The position numbers and the translations under genes were made by a program. A stretch of DNA of 62,699 nucleotides, counting the filler, from Phoronis australis (lineage: Eukaryota > Animalia > Phoronida): NCBI GenBank assembly GCA_002633005.1. It is 8 parts of 8 records of this genome, joined end to end, with 100 filler letters (N's around TTAATTAATTAA, not from the genome) between each part and the next. Parts side by side here need not be neighbours in the genome. Positions count along the whole stretch, not along the records: positions 1 to 12,339 come from NMRA01000589.1; 7 more parts are not named here. The stretch is one strand, 5' to 3'. A model generated the notes under the pieces. The model was not told the DNA's origin and made no database searches. It saw nothing but the letters and a program-made list of their open reading frames with translations. Shown here piece by piece: positions 1-12,339 of this stretch (its first letter is position 1; every line of letters begins with the position of its first letter).

Positions 1-173
1 TTAGGAGTAATTTCCAGATACTTATTTGTTTAATTAAGATGATGTATTATACTCTAGTAAGTTGTAAAGATACGTAGTTGGGGCTACCCAACCCCAGCCG
101 TATCTACTATTCATTAATGGTATGTTTTTTGGGTAAATAAACGTATTAAAATTTAAAAAAAAAAAAAAAAAAA
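1..173 (+). mobile_element. 3' tail of a non-LTR retroelement
   Basis: AATAAA at about 136, followed by an A-run (155-173) and preceded by a short TTGGGG..CCCCAG stem; no coding part visible. Confidence 0.45.
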
Positions 174-476
174 CGCGTCAAAGATCGATTCTGCATATCC
201 CATGGTCACGCGACGTGCTTACAACTCATTGGGAGGGCTGTTCTCAGTTAGTGGTCTTTTGAACTTTGATTTGGCAACAACCAAGTAATGGTCGGATTAA
301 CATTAAGTTGCTTTATATTTGCCAGGCATCTGCCGAGAAGTGTAAAAACTCAGCTCGCATTCCTTGGAAATTCTAGGTCGCATTTTGCGACTTGATACGA
401 GCTGACAAAAATCTCAGCTCGCATTTCCAAATTTCAGGTGGCAAATGCGACCTGCAGCTCGTTATGTCAAGCCCTG
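174..476. mobile_element. Non-autonomous DNA transposon fragment (hAT-like CAGGG terminus)
   Basis: Ends ...TTATGTCAAGCCCTG; an inverted related copy lies at about 8630-8910 (shared TTGGCAACAACCAAGTAATGG, GCGACCTGCAG). Confidence 0.55.
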
Positions 477-1340
477 GTCGGGGTCAGCTAGGCATAGCCA
501 AAACAAAGAGAACTGAAAGCCAGCCAGCTGCGTGCATGCATAGGTGACCCAAGGAACAACGGTATCCAAAAATCTCGAATAATTCAAAAAGTAGACGTAG
601 TAGCGCAAATTGGAAAAATATCTTCTGGAAGCCCATTCAAAACTCTATCTAAAGTGATAATTTGGCAAAAAGCCAAAAAATTTTCTAAAAAATTGAAAAT
701 TTGCTGCTTTTTTAAATTCAAAGTCAATTAACTCGAAAATGGTAAGTCTGAGAAATACGCTCTCCCAGACTTTTTGAAAGCCCATACTTAAAGGAATCCA
801 CATGGAAAAATTCACGTCATTTACATGCGCCACAGCCGCTATCTTGAAACTGACTTCCGGTTCAATAAACTTTTATAAAAGCTTATTAAACTCAACAAAC
901 ACGTGACCAGTTTGAAAGTGATTGGTTCGCAAATGCGCCCTCTACAGGAGAAAATGTTTTTGGGCATATTTCGGGGTGCGCATGCACCACTTCCAATGTT
1001 TCCGCCATCTTTGACCAGAATTAAGTTAACGATTTTCTGCATACTTGTAGCACGTGTTCTAGTATAATTGTACCGATTTTCAGCCATGTACGTCGAAAAA
1101 TGCGGCCTCTACGAGCATTTGACTGTGAAATTGGATGCAAAATGGCTGCCACGTCTGCCATTTTGTATCCGATCATGACCAAAAACAATAGCGTTCCAGT
1201 ACTTTCCAATCTACACGTCATGTGCAAATTTCGTGAAAATCGGACGAAAATTGCGACCTGTAGAGAGCGAACAAAAAAACAAACTTGCTGTCAAACCAAG
1301 TGACATACTTGGCAGAATTCTGGGAATTCCGCCAATTAAA
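477..1340 (-). mobile_element. Helentron/Helitron2-type non-autonomous element (HINE/DINE-like), truncated
   Basis: Homologous to 4651-7502 and 50058-51229; terminal CTTGGC..GCCAA hairpin at about 1308-1336 next to an A-run. Confidence 0.7.
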
Positions 1341-2113
1341 AAAACTTAGTTACAGAGCAACAAGTAATTAGTGTCAGAGCGCAGTAACATCTGAACTTGG
1401 TGAAATGAAATTTCACCTAGTAACAATCCAGTAGTTTGCCATTTGCAATTGCAACAAAGTAAATGGCGAATGAAATTTAGCCAGGTTACTTTATTGAATT
1501 TGTATTGAAATGGGTGAACACCAAAAAGGCCGCTTACGCTGTATAAAAATAACCACAACACTCTGGACAGCAAATTAAAGTGCCGTGTACACTTCAAAAG
1601 ATGACAATTGGATCAGCTGACACGAAACGAGTTATTCAAGTGTGTAAACCAGACTGACACGGAGCAAATTGACACCGTGGTGACAAATTTTTCCACCTGT
1701 TTGTGAGGTAGAGCAATTTGCGATCCAACATCTTGCTCCGTGTCAGTATATCTAAATGCGAAACTGGGGCAAGGAGGATAGGATCATCTCCAGTGCGCTT
1801 GCCTAATACGGGTTCTTTGTCTCTGCAACTCCAGTCATTTGTAAATCTGCGCATATGTGATCCAGTTTCTCCAGCCTGCAATTTCTGTCTTGCCACAGTT
1901 AGTGAGTTGTGTGTAAACGGCCGCTTGACACAGGTCAATTTCCTCTGTGTCAGTTACGGCGGGCCAAAAGTTGATGTCTAAACGTTGATGTCTAAATGGG
2001 ACTTAACATTCCTATCCTTCAAGAATCTCATTGATCTTTCAGAATTGATAACTTTGAAGTTATAAAGCAGGAAATAGTACCTCAAGCCTTTGTACAGAAA
2101 CAACGAATCAAAA

Positions 2114-3208
2114 ATGAATGAAGAAGTCTTTACCATATTGAGCATGAATGCTGAGGGTAAAAGAAACTCAGGAACTGCAGAGACCAGACGTAAGGCCATT
2201 ACTGAAATACTGAAAACCGAGCATCCCCACATGGTGTTTTTTCAGGAGCTTTCAAGCATCACAGAACTCAATAAAAAGCTCAAGGCTGCAGGCTTAACAT
2301 CCTACGTTATAGACGGAAGCAGAGGTGCAGCAGGACGTTACACTGGCTTTATAGTCGATGAAAGAAGAATAATCATTACAGATCATGACCTAGAAATGGA
2401 AAGCAACCCTGTAACAGATGAAGGAGAGTTTAAAACTAGACTTTTCACCAAACAAATGTCTATACGAGGAATAACGGACCCAAAACTACTTATAGCTTCA
2501 TATCATGGTGTGAAAAATTTAGAGGACCACAAGAAAAAACAGGTGTTTAAGGAACTTCTTAAAATTTTGGAAGCTCAAAGTACAAAATTAAATACACCTG
2601 TTCTTATAGGGGGTGACTTTAACTTTGAAGAATGCTATGCAAAAGGTGTCTTGCACAATTTCCCAAGCTTTAAGTTATATACCTCGCAGCCCCAGGACGA
2701 AGACACTGAAATGTTGGATTATTTTCTGTACACAGGACAAAAGAAAGATATTTGCAACGTAGTTTGTGGAGATCGAGAAGCCTGCTTTGACCACTGGCCA
2801 CTGTTTGGAACCATTCATCTAACAACACAGAACCCCTCTGCCACAGCAAAGACAGAGGTTGCTCTGCAGATACCAGAAGGTAGCCCTCCAAACACACCTA
2901 AGTCCATGCCCACCACTTCTACACCCCAAATGCCCAGTGTGTCTGATCCCAGTGAACGTGACATCGAACAGGAGGTATTGAATATTCAAAGGGCACTCAC
3001 ATCACCTGAAGTCATCAACACCATTCGTGAGCAATTGATCAATCCTGCTCTTGATGACATCAAACGCTTTTACGAGTCGAGATTACAGGAAAAAGAGAAT
3101 GAAATAAGTGACTTAAAAGAACAACTAAATGCATACAGAAAAGTGTTGAACTGCACTGTTCAAGGAATCAATGAGCCAAAAAATGAAAACAGACAATGTC
3201 ATAATTGA
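2114..3208 (+). CDS. Stand-alone EEP (endonuclease/exonuclease/phosphatase, DNase I-like fold) protein with Pro/Thr linker and C-terminal coiled coil
   Basis: 364-aa uninterrupted ORF with ordered EEP motifs ILSMNAEG, VFFQEL, ASYHG, IGGDFN, LDYF, FDHWPL; then PPNTPKSMPTTSTP linker and heptad-like LQEKENEISDLKEQLNAYRKVLN; possible splice acceptor TTGTACAG ending at 2097. Confidence 0.88.
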   Translation: MNEEVFTILSMNAEGKRNSGTAETRRKAITEILKTEHPHMVFFQELSSITELNKKLKAAGLTSYVIDGSRGAAGRYTGFIVDERRIIITDHDLEMESNPVTDEGEFKTRLFTKQMSIRGITDPKLLIASYHGVKNLEDHKKKQVFKELLKILEAQSTKLNTPVLIGGDFNFEECYAKGVLHNFPSFKLYTSQPQDEDTEMLDYFLYTGQKKDICNVVCGDREACFDHWPLFGTIHLTTQNPSATAKTEVALQIPEGSPPNTPKSMPTTSTPQMPSVSDPSERDIEQEVLNIQRALTSPEVINTIREQLINPALDDIKRFYESRLQEKENEISDLKEQLNAYRKVLNCTVQGINEPKNENRQCHN

Positions 3209-3294
3209 TCTTGGAAAGAAGTTGATGTTGGTTTTAAAGACATTCGTAGAGACTCATTGTCTTGGACCCAAGCAAATCAATCAGTCAAGGTCAA

Positions 3295-4087
3295 TCCTAG
3301 GAGCAATTGGTTCTACAATGCGCCCTCTACAGAACAAAATGTTTTCGTCCTAAAATCCAGGTGCTCAAACGCAATGGCCGATATTTCTGCTATCTATAAC
3401 TGGAAGTTACACACAATACGTACAGAGAGTGGCGTACATGAAGTAATATTCCACGAGACATTATTCCATGTATGGACCGGGACCGAAGGTCGATATGTGG
3501 AATAATGTCTCCTGGAATATCACTTCATGTATGCCAATCGAGGTACGATTTGTATATATACGCTTCGAATTCCTAAGTTTCTTTCATTTTTTTCTGCAGA
3601 CTTTTTAAATACTTTACTGTTCACGTGGCAGATCACATCCTATATGCATGTACTTGCAAATAAGGCTGCAAGTTTTCTCTGGTAAAAAACAGTTTTAAAT
3701 GTAAGGATTTATTACTTGAAAAGAGATAACAAAGACCAAAACAACGGTAACTTTACATTGAATTTGTGGAGGAGGTGAATACAGAAAATAGTATTACAAT
3801 GGCCGTATTTCCCTCCACATATTCAACACGTATGGGATAAAATAATTTACAGCACATGTATAGCACACGTCCACTTTCATAATAGTAGATTTTCAGCTGT
3901 GTACATAAAAAATTGCGACCTCTATGTATGAGCATTTGAATCTAATTATGAAAACAAAATGGCCACCATGTCCACCATCTTGAATCCAATCATAACAAAA
4001 AATAAGGATTCAGCTTTTCTTGAGCTAGAGGTTGTGCGTGAATTTCATCTGAACTAGACGAAAAATGAGACAAGTAGAGTGCGAACA
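3295..4087 (-). mobile_element. Fragmented copy of the HINE-like family, interrupted by a palindromic element
   Basis: 3300-3390 matches 918-1000 (ATTGGTTC..AATGCGCCCTCTACAG); 3890-4087 matches 1075-1272. Confidence 0.65.
3430..3536. repeat. Long imperfect palindrome with a central GACCGAAGGTC hairpin
   Basis: TGGCGTACATGAAGTAATATTCCACGAGACATTATTCCA pairs with TGGAATAATGTCTCCTGGAATATCACTTCATGTATGCCA. Confidence 0.85.
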
Positions 4088-4328
4088 ATTACCAATCGGT
4101 TTAAAAATCGGTTTAATGTCACTCTGCACATGTAAATATCTCCAAATTAAAACACTGAAAAAATCTTAGCGTGCAACGCTATCTTGCGATAACTTTGTTG
4201 ACGATAGTGGCATACAACCGCTTTACTTTGATGTTCATTAACTACCGAAGCCAGAATGAACGGTCAAGTTAACCGCTGTTTACGTCGACACTCCGCTCAG
4301 ACCGGAGTTAAGTCAATATGAAAGGGCC
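4088..4328 (-). mobile_element. Truncated Harbinger-like MITE (same family as 21147-21636)
   Basis: Ends GGAGTTAAGTCAATATGAAAGGGCC, the reverse complement of the left end at 21147. Confidence 0.75.
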
Positions 4329-4879
4329 TTTAGAGTAGAAGATTAGTTATGCTTTCAATTAATAGAAGTGTTTTTTTGTTTGCACAGTGCATCCCTTATT
4401 TGTTTGTCTTATTTGATTGGTTATTTCATGTTTCTCTAGTCTCTAATTCACCTTCACTTGTATTTGGAAGAGTTACGTTTTTAATGAGCAGATCAGTTGT
4501 ATAGTAGTTGTGTTTCCACATTGAGAGTTGCTTCTCCTCATGTAACTGTTTGCAGTCTTCAATATACTAGTCAAGACTCATCTCTTGTTCTGTTCCAACG
4601 AACCACTTCGTACACAGACGAACCGCATTTTCCGTGTACCCCCCAGTAACAAACAACACGTGCCCAGAGAAGCGACAATAGGCAAAATTAACTGAAAAGA
4701 TAAATGGGAATGGGTATGATGATGATAATGATAAAAACTATCATATGACCAATGAAGCTGCCAGAAATGAGCAAGTAATCTAGTTTTGTTCAATAGAAAG
4801 TAAACCAACAAATGTGCGGAAAGAATCAGTGAAGTTAACAAAGATATCAGAAAATCCCAAACAATTTGAAGTAATTACG

Positions 4880-5116
4880 CATGCGCGCACCCAGCCTTCA
4901 ATATGGGGGGCTCGAATTCCTAACTTTGTGGACCTTTTGCTAAGAAAAGAGCGGGCGGACTAAAAAAAAACTGGACCACCACTGGGAATTTCGTGTTTGC
5001 GCTTGTTTAGTGGACTTAAGTCCCATTTTCTCGGACTTTCATTGTCTCTCAGAGATTGACCTTTTTGCCCACTTCGGCAAATGAGCCCCCCCCCTAGCCC
5101 CCTGGGTGCACGCATG
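4880..5116. mobile_element. MITE with CATGCG(C/T)GCACCCAG terminal inverted repeats
   Basis: 15-bp TIRs; flanks ATTACG/ATTAGG are a possible degenerate TSD; second truncated copy at 33871-34090. Confidence 0.8.
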
Positions 5117-5191
5117 ATTAGGCAGACATCCTAGCGAAAAATGGAACACTTCTTAAAGCACATTCAAAACTCTATCTAATGGAATACTTAA

Positions 5192-6868
5192 AGGAGCATG
5201 CCACCCAAAAAACAACCTAATTTGAATCAATTTGGATCAAGTAGTTCTACTCCATAACGACACGTACGGTTGCGTTTCCTGACACCTGACGGCAGACAGA
5301 GGTGTTGAAATTATCCAATGACGTCATCGGTTTCACACGCAGTCTGTTCAGCAGTTCACAACACGGTTACTGGTGTCAGCTTATCGCATGAAGTCATCGT
5401 TTAACACCAATAAATCATCAAACTTCGATGTAAAACCCTTAAAAATACACCGAGTTCTTATAAAAACGTGTTGTTTTATTTCGCTTACGGATTAATTGAT
5501 GTTTGGACACACCGTAGCCTACAAAGTTCGGCAGGCCAATAAGGTCCGTAGCAGGAGTTTGGGGTCTATTCGGAGACAATTTCGAAGTATTTTTCGTGAG
5601 ATACAAACATGAGAACCTAGATCTGTGTTGTTTAGACTTGTGATTTTTTTATTTCTAAACACAAAACGCTTGTTATCCTGGCCAGTGGCTCAGAGCCCGA
5701 TAGGCCCGTCGCAGCCGCCGGGCCGGATTGACTCGTTATCCCGAGCAGGCTTGTGGCTTGGAAACTGATCAGACATCACGAACATAAACCAGCCAAAATT
5801 CAGTGGAAACTAAACTTCCAGTCAAGAAAATTCTATACTAGTGAGCCAAAGTAATATGCATGTGATTATGTTGATGAATTACCACGAAACTGCAAATCTA
5901 CTTACTCGTCGGGGGCCGCGAATTCAGGTTCCGCTTTGGCCACAGCACCGTCAGGGCAGAAGTTGTGCATTGACTATCATTATTAGAGTAATGTAAATGT
6001 AAATAAAGATTCCCCTAACATCTGGCCGTGAGATGGAAATTGAGTTGTTTCACAACAGTCTCTGCCAGCAAACACTAAATTAGCTGAGCTCAAGCGGCCT
6101 CGGTGTCCCATCAATTAGTTTTATTGCACCTAAAGCCGGTAACGCAGTGATTTATTCATTGCTGGCTTCTCAAATCATTTGCACTCAAGAACACTCCAAA
6201 GGCATTACAAATTGTATCTAATGAGACAGACTTTGTTTCAGTTTTAGTATTGGTTAGGAGAGAATAATTCATTTTGAAACAGAGCGGTCAGTAATAAACG
6301 GCAACATGGCAACTCGCAATCCCTGACTTAGGACGAGCTGGAACTCATCAGTCCCGACTTCGCAGGTGGATCGTTAAGTTTGACAGGCTATCAATTCGAA
6401 CAGGAATACAGTGATGAAGAAATACTAGAGAGGCACCGTGAACAAGCTCAGACAATGGAATGTATGGAGTTATTTGGTAAGCCGGCATTCGTCAGGCACT
6501 GTCGACGTCTGCAGGCCACAGACACGGAGATGTTTCACGGCCTCATACTTGCTATTTACAGCGGACATTTCATTCTTCACTACCATGAGCCTTTTCCTAA
6601 GCATTTCGGACTCCCGAGAAAGTAAAAAAACACGATATATCCGCTTTCCTCGCAGCTGCTTAGTTCGGACAAGCGGGAACGATACACCGCAACATAGTGG
6701 CATTCACTCTGCATATGAACCATTGACGTCACTAGCGTCGTTTCTCACCTTCCTCACAGGTTAACGCGACACCTCTTGGCAAGGTAAGGTCGACCGTATG
6801 CGAGGCGATGTGGATATAGACCGATTAAGACGGCAAAAAAGACTAATTGATTCGGGTGGCATTCTCCA
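5192..6868. mobile_element. Kolobok-type DNA transposon, decayed
   Basis: TTAA at 5188-5191 and 6869-6872; TIR AGGAGCATGCCACCC / GGGTGGCATTCTCCA; internal KolX-like remnant; weak THAP-like start (NHCVTGFRCNKTN) on the minus strand near 6159. Confidence 0.8.
6306..6725 (+). pseudogene. KolX (P2X7 C-terminal-like) accessory gene remnant
   Basis: GYQFEQEYSDEE N-terminal motif and frameshifted C-terminus (KKTRYIRFPRSCLV..SGIHSAY) resembling RxxIPxCxV..GxYxG. Confidence 0.6.
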
Positions 6869-7629
6869 TTAATTTTCAAAAAACTTCAAATTTTGCAAAA
6901 TTTTATGAAAATTAAAGCCAAAAACAGTACATCTGAGAAAGATTTGTTACAGCTTGTTTGAAAGAGTACATTATAGAAAATCCACATTCAGACATTCAGG
7001 TCATTTGCTTTTCCCCGTCAAAACAGTATACCGCATGATTGAAAATTGATGAAAATCATCCAGATCCGCCATTTTGAAGCAACTTTTGGCTAAGCAGCAC
7101 TTGATTATAGCTACTCACAGCAAATTGACACATGAAGAATTTCGAAGAGTTTGGTTCAAGAGCGCACCATCTTCAGGAAAAAACATTTTCATCCTGAAAT
7201 TGAAGTGCCCAAATGCAACGGCCAATTTTCCAGCCATCCTTGACCAGTAGTGAAAGACTTATGGCACATTTGAAGTAAATGTCTGCTACAATAATCAGAT
7301 CGATTTTCAGTTATGAACATAAAAATAGCAGCCTTCACGAGCATTTGAATCTGAATTCGAAAACAAAATGGCCACCATGTCTGCCATCCGGAATCCAATC
7401 ATGACGAGAAACAACATGCTTCTAGCTATTCCGGAAGAGGCAGTGCTTGAAAAAACAAATGATGTCAGCAACATACTTGGCAAAATAACTTTGCCAAGTA
7501 AAAATGATATATGTCCTCGGCAATCAACAAATTCCGCCATGAGTACTCTGCCCTTTCACTGTGAGTGCAATGCTAGCTGTATCCATTGCAGTCTTCAGGC
7601 ACTCATTTACTGTACTTAGTCACAACATA

Positions 7630-8560
7630 TCGTAAATGTTCGGGTTAACACCCTGGGCGGTTAAATTGGTGAACCAAAAATTTTGGAGGCGGGCAGTTAA
7701 CCAGACATGGACGCTTAAACTTTCAAGAAATCGCGGGTGGGCAGTTAACCGAACATGGGTGCTTATTACGACAGACAACCGCCCTGGGCGGTTAATCTTA
7801 CCTCATGATCAGAGTCCTACACCACACACGTACTCGAAACGCAAAGAACTTTTCAAAGCTTTATCGTCGTGTCGCCAAATATCGGTAAAAATGTCATAAC
7901 AATGGATGATCCCAACAAATGTTCAGTTGCCCTCAGATTAATCATTCACAACTTTACAAAATTGGTGAGAATGATAGCCCAGTGCCGTCCTTCGACGACC
8001 AGAGTGACAAAAACTTAAATGCAACTATTGTCATGCGATGACACTGCAGAAGTGCGCACATGCATCAGCTTCACGTGTTGCAGAGGTCACATGAACTTTA
8101 TGGTGCTAGCTGTGAAGTTCTGAATCAGAGGCCAGTTTTAAAATAAGATGTAATAAAAGTTTGTAAAACTATGTTTTTTGTGTTTGGGATGTTTATGTTC
8201 GAGAGTCCGTGACTCAATAACATTTCGAGTGTAATGGTTCTATGGCTAGCCCAGCGTTGCTGAGGCACTTCCAGTTGCATGAAACATGCCACGCACAGAA
8301 GACAAGAATCGGGAGTAAGCGGACATGAGCCAGATGTCAATCAAAAGTTATCGCAAAGGCTTTACTCAAAACCAAGCATTTGCTTAAGATTTTATGTAAA
8401 ATAATCTAACACTACGACTGGGCATGAGTAGTGATCGCATAAAGTCCGAGGAAAAAAATGCTAGTTTGTACAGTTCTATGTTGGTAAAAAATAATTCTTA
8501 GATGAAGCCCCAAGTGTTCGAGTAACCGGCACCCGTGGTTTGTGCGGCTATACGACGTAA
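7630..8560 (+). mobile_element. Tc1/pogo-like non-autonomous element, older copy of 29646-32739
   Basis: Left end CGTAAATGTTCGGGTTAACACCCTGGGCGGTTAA with repeated GGGCGGTTAA motifs; right boundary approximate. Confidence 0.7.
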
Positions 8561-8629
8561 ATTAGTGAAGAGCTCGAACCGGCAACGCGTCCTTTCCTTA
8601 TCAGTGTTGTTGCAAACTGGACCCGCACT

Positions 8630-8910
8630 CAGCATAACAAACTGCAGGTCGCATTGGCAACGTGAAAATTGCAAATACGAGCCGAGATTATGGCAGTCTT
8701 TTATCTAGTCACAACATGTCACCTGGACAAATTCCACTGGTGTAAAGCAGATACCTTGCAAACATAAGCAACTCATGTGAATCCTGCCATTACTTGGTTG
8801 TTGCCAAACCAAACTGAACACATAAAGAACAAAGAGCCCTCTCAACGACTTGTAAACACTTCGTGAGAACAATGTAATTCAAAAAATATATTTGAGGCGT
8901 TTCATTGGCT
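8630..8910. mobile_element. Inverted diverged copy of the 174-476 element
   Basis: CTGCAGGTCGCATT and CCATTACTTGGTTGTTGCCAAA are reverse complements of segments in 174-476. Confidence 0.6.
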
Positions 8911-10094
8911 AACGTTTTGGCCACTTTTGTAGTTTCGGATACGCCGAAGAAAATTTCGACCGACGGCATGCGATAATTATGTTTCTATTCCTTCTTAAAC
9001 GATCAATTTACCAAACTTTGTGGTGTAAAAACATTTATTTTACATGTAATATGTAAAGATTATCTTATTATAATATCACCTACAATACTGCACTACGGCA
9101 CTGGTCGATCTCGCTGTTGGCGGACAATCACAGGCATCTTCAGCTTCTGATCGTCCCCAATACATTATGCACGCAATACGACGGCAGACAATCGCGACTT
9201 TGAAATGCCGTCAAGTAATTATAATAACCATCTCTTTCAATATTTGTCTCATTTTTTTTGTTGCGGAAGACAGCGGCCGGATTTAGTGCGTGTGCATATT
9301 TAAATGTTATCCAGATACTTTTTGATTAAATTTGATAATTTCTATTTAGGGAAATAGAATAAAAATGAAAGATTATTAAGCAAAAGAATCCAACTAACTT
9401 TCTCAAATTTCGAGTTATTATAAGACAGCCTATATTGTCAACAGTCCAGTGTTCTCGATAAACTTAGCCCACCATCAAAACGTCCCACTCGTTGACACAT
9501 AGAGAACATGACTGACATAGGTGTTTTCACTATTTAACAAAAAACAAAAACAGGAATGTATCATGGGCTTTTGGGGTTTGGGCAATTTCCCTAAAAACAA
9601 AAAAAGATGGGCACATTTGAGTGTCAGCTACCATTTGACAGAAACGCTGACTGAACGTTTTTAGTGTTGGGTAAACATTTCACCCTTGCATTTTGGCTAG
9701 CAGTCCACACGTCCCACAGAAGTCTCACTTTTTAACCTAATTGTTCCCTCTTTTAATTCTCGAATGTCTGCCGCGACAACTATAATACAATATTGTCTCT
9801 TTGTTATGAATATTGTTATTTTCCCCGAGTCCAATATCTTTAGTACCATATACAGAGTATATCTTAAGATGACTTTCAAATGCCTCTGGTTGATACCCTA
9901 AAACACCTTACATGTATCAGGATCTCTTATATTTACTTTTAGTCTGAAGAAATGAACTGATTTCGAAACTTAAAAGTTCTACACTGCAATCTATGTATTG
10001 AGTTATCCACAGTATATTTCAAAGCTACACTATAGATGTCACTGCCCATTTTTATATATCAGAAAACTTTAACTGCAAATTACACGGGTGAGAA

Positions 10095-10245
10095 ACAACA
10101 TGACTGACGGTCCTCTAAACAGGACCTAAGGGGATCAAATGAGACCGCCGCACCAGAAAATGGGACTGACGGACCAAAAACATGACCGCCCACGACAAAA
10201 CAGGACCACTGGGGACTGAACATGGCCGCTGGGGATTGAAACCGC
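10095..10245. repeat. Degenerate minisatellite of about 21 bp
   Basis: Recurring AAACA(G/T)GACC..GGGGA units. Confidence 0.55.
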
Positions 10246-12339
10246 AATGACAAACAGGCTAAGCTTTGTTACCGGTAGGCCTACACAGATCATACAATGG
10301 GGCTATATACATATGCATATGTTGAGGTCTTGTGCCGATAAATCCACCGAAATCTTTTGTGCGCTATACGACGCTTCGCTTTGTAATACGCGGCGCTTTT
10401 GAGTTTTACTTCACCAGGCTCTGCTAGGGTTCAAAGGTTAACATTTAATAAATTTAACCACAATTCAACCACGTTGTACGCTTTTGAGGTAATTAATTAA
10501 AACTTTATACACTGCGTAAGTTTTAGCACAAAATTAAAATCATTTTCTCCAATTTGACGTTTCAGTCAAGTAAAAAAAAATACCTTCTGGTTGGTTCAAA
10601 GGTTAACATTTAATAAATCTAACCACAATTCAACCACGTTGAACGCTTTTGAGGTAATTAATAAACCAACGAATTTGTTTATGAAAACGGAATGTTATAA
10701 GCAATTTCTGTATGTATGCTTGCAGACTTTTGACGGCAACCGGGGGAATATGGGAAAAAGGGCATTCGTATTAAGGTATATTTGTGTTCATTTCAGAGGT
10801 ACCTATAACGGTTCACAAGGAAAAATTGAACTCCACTAACAAAAAACCCCGATGAAATCTTTGATTGCGAGAGTTCTTTTGAGTACCCCCTTTCGACATG
10901 TACACGGTCATCACAAATACATGTAGTAGCCTAGACAGCAGTGTTTTCCACATGTGGGAATTCCTTTCAAACAACTCACAGTAACCATCTTTAAAAGAGA
11001 TACTATTCTTGTGATACTACAAGAAACAGTAACATTATTTTATAACTAACCATCCGAAATAGTCCTTTTGTGTAATTCTCAAATAGTGGCCTTCAGTTTC
11101 TTCAAAATTCCAACCTTTCGATGGCGGCAATCCTACTATATTTTTTCACATTTCTGGTTGTTTGGATGGAATGGCTGTGCTGTGCACGAATGTTTTTTTT
11201 TTGATGAATTTGGAATCTCAACTTCCATCGTGAATACTTGGCAGTGTCGGATTTACGTGTATAGATGGACAAAGGAACATTTCCCCCGAACTGCTCCACC
11301 GAGAGAGGGTATCTTCTGAAATGGGGACACTTTAAGACGAAAGGCTAAACATGTTTAAGCTTGGAAAAAAGAGTGACAGAGCATTCAACCGTTGTGTGGT
11401 CGTCCCAAAACGATGTAGGGAGTGACCTCCTTCAACATGAAAGCCATTTACACGATTTCACAAAAACAGCAAGAGGTAATTGATTCCAACCTTTGGCCCT
11501 CCCTCTGTGAGCGGCCTCTTGGCACTTCCTTTCTAAAATGAATGAGGCGGATAACGCAGTTGTTATTGGACAAGAGAAAAAGAAAGTTTTCTTTTCTCTT
11601 GGTTACACTGGGCCAAAGTTTAAAATTGAAACATCAATTATCTCGCCTTATACATTGCATAGACCCAGGTGTTTTCAAACCTCTAGGCAAACTTTCCAAT
11701 ATGCTGTGTAAACTGAAGTCACTCATCCCTTTATTAAATAAAAGCAGGAAGAGATAACCAGGAAGGGACAACTAGCTAAACCGCCGTTTTTGGCCTCTTT
11801 CCCCGGACAAATTTTAGGACTTTAAGTTTCGTTTAAAAGGAAACAGATGATTTCATCAGAGAGATTAAAGCTTTTTCTATAGAAGGATATAAAAAAACTC
11901 ACTTTGCAACCTTAAACAGTGGTGTAATTGTACTTTGAAAATATCGACTTCAGCGCACGCAATCGCAATTTCCCACACACAGTCACGGGTATTTAAGCTT
12001 TTCCGTCGATGTATAGATGGCGCAGTAGTAAAGTACTCCCTCATTTGCATATCAAATTTGCATGTGGGAGTTCTGAGACTCTCGTCAGTTGTTGGTCGAG
12101 CACTTGAGTGGATAAAGCGGTGACCTCCCACTGAGAGCACGCGCTGATGAAGATACCACTCGATCGCTTCGCAATCAGGAGGTGAAAACACTCTCATGAC
12201 CGCAGTTCTGAATTCCAGCTAAGCAAGCCCTATTTCGAGGAGCGGACTTTGAATTGTTTTCGTCCCCTGACAGTGGATTGCAGAGATTAGAATGAGGTCA
12301 ACATCAAACTTTCTGCGGCTATATGTCGTGTTGACAAAA

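Larger units (their letters stand above)
4651..7502 (-). mobile_element. Near full-length HINE/DINE-like Helentron derivative hosting two nested insertions
   Basis: Left end resembles 50058-50110; body resumes after 5116 and after 6872; right end CTTGGCAAAATAACTTTGCCAAG hairpin. Confidence 0.7.

Noticed and set aside
2114-3208. EEP ORF as LINE ORF2 or bacterial contamination
   Set aside because: No RT follows, it lacks the YxP motif, and it is contiguous with host repeat families without a gap
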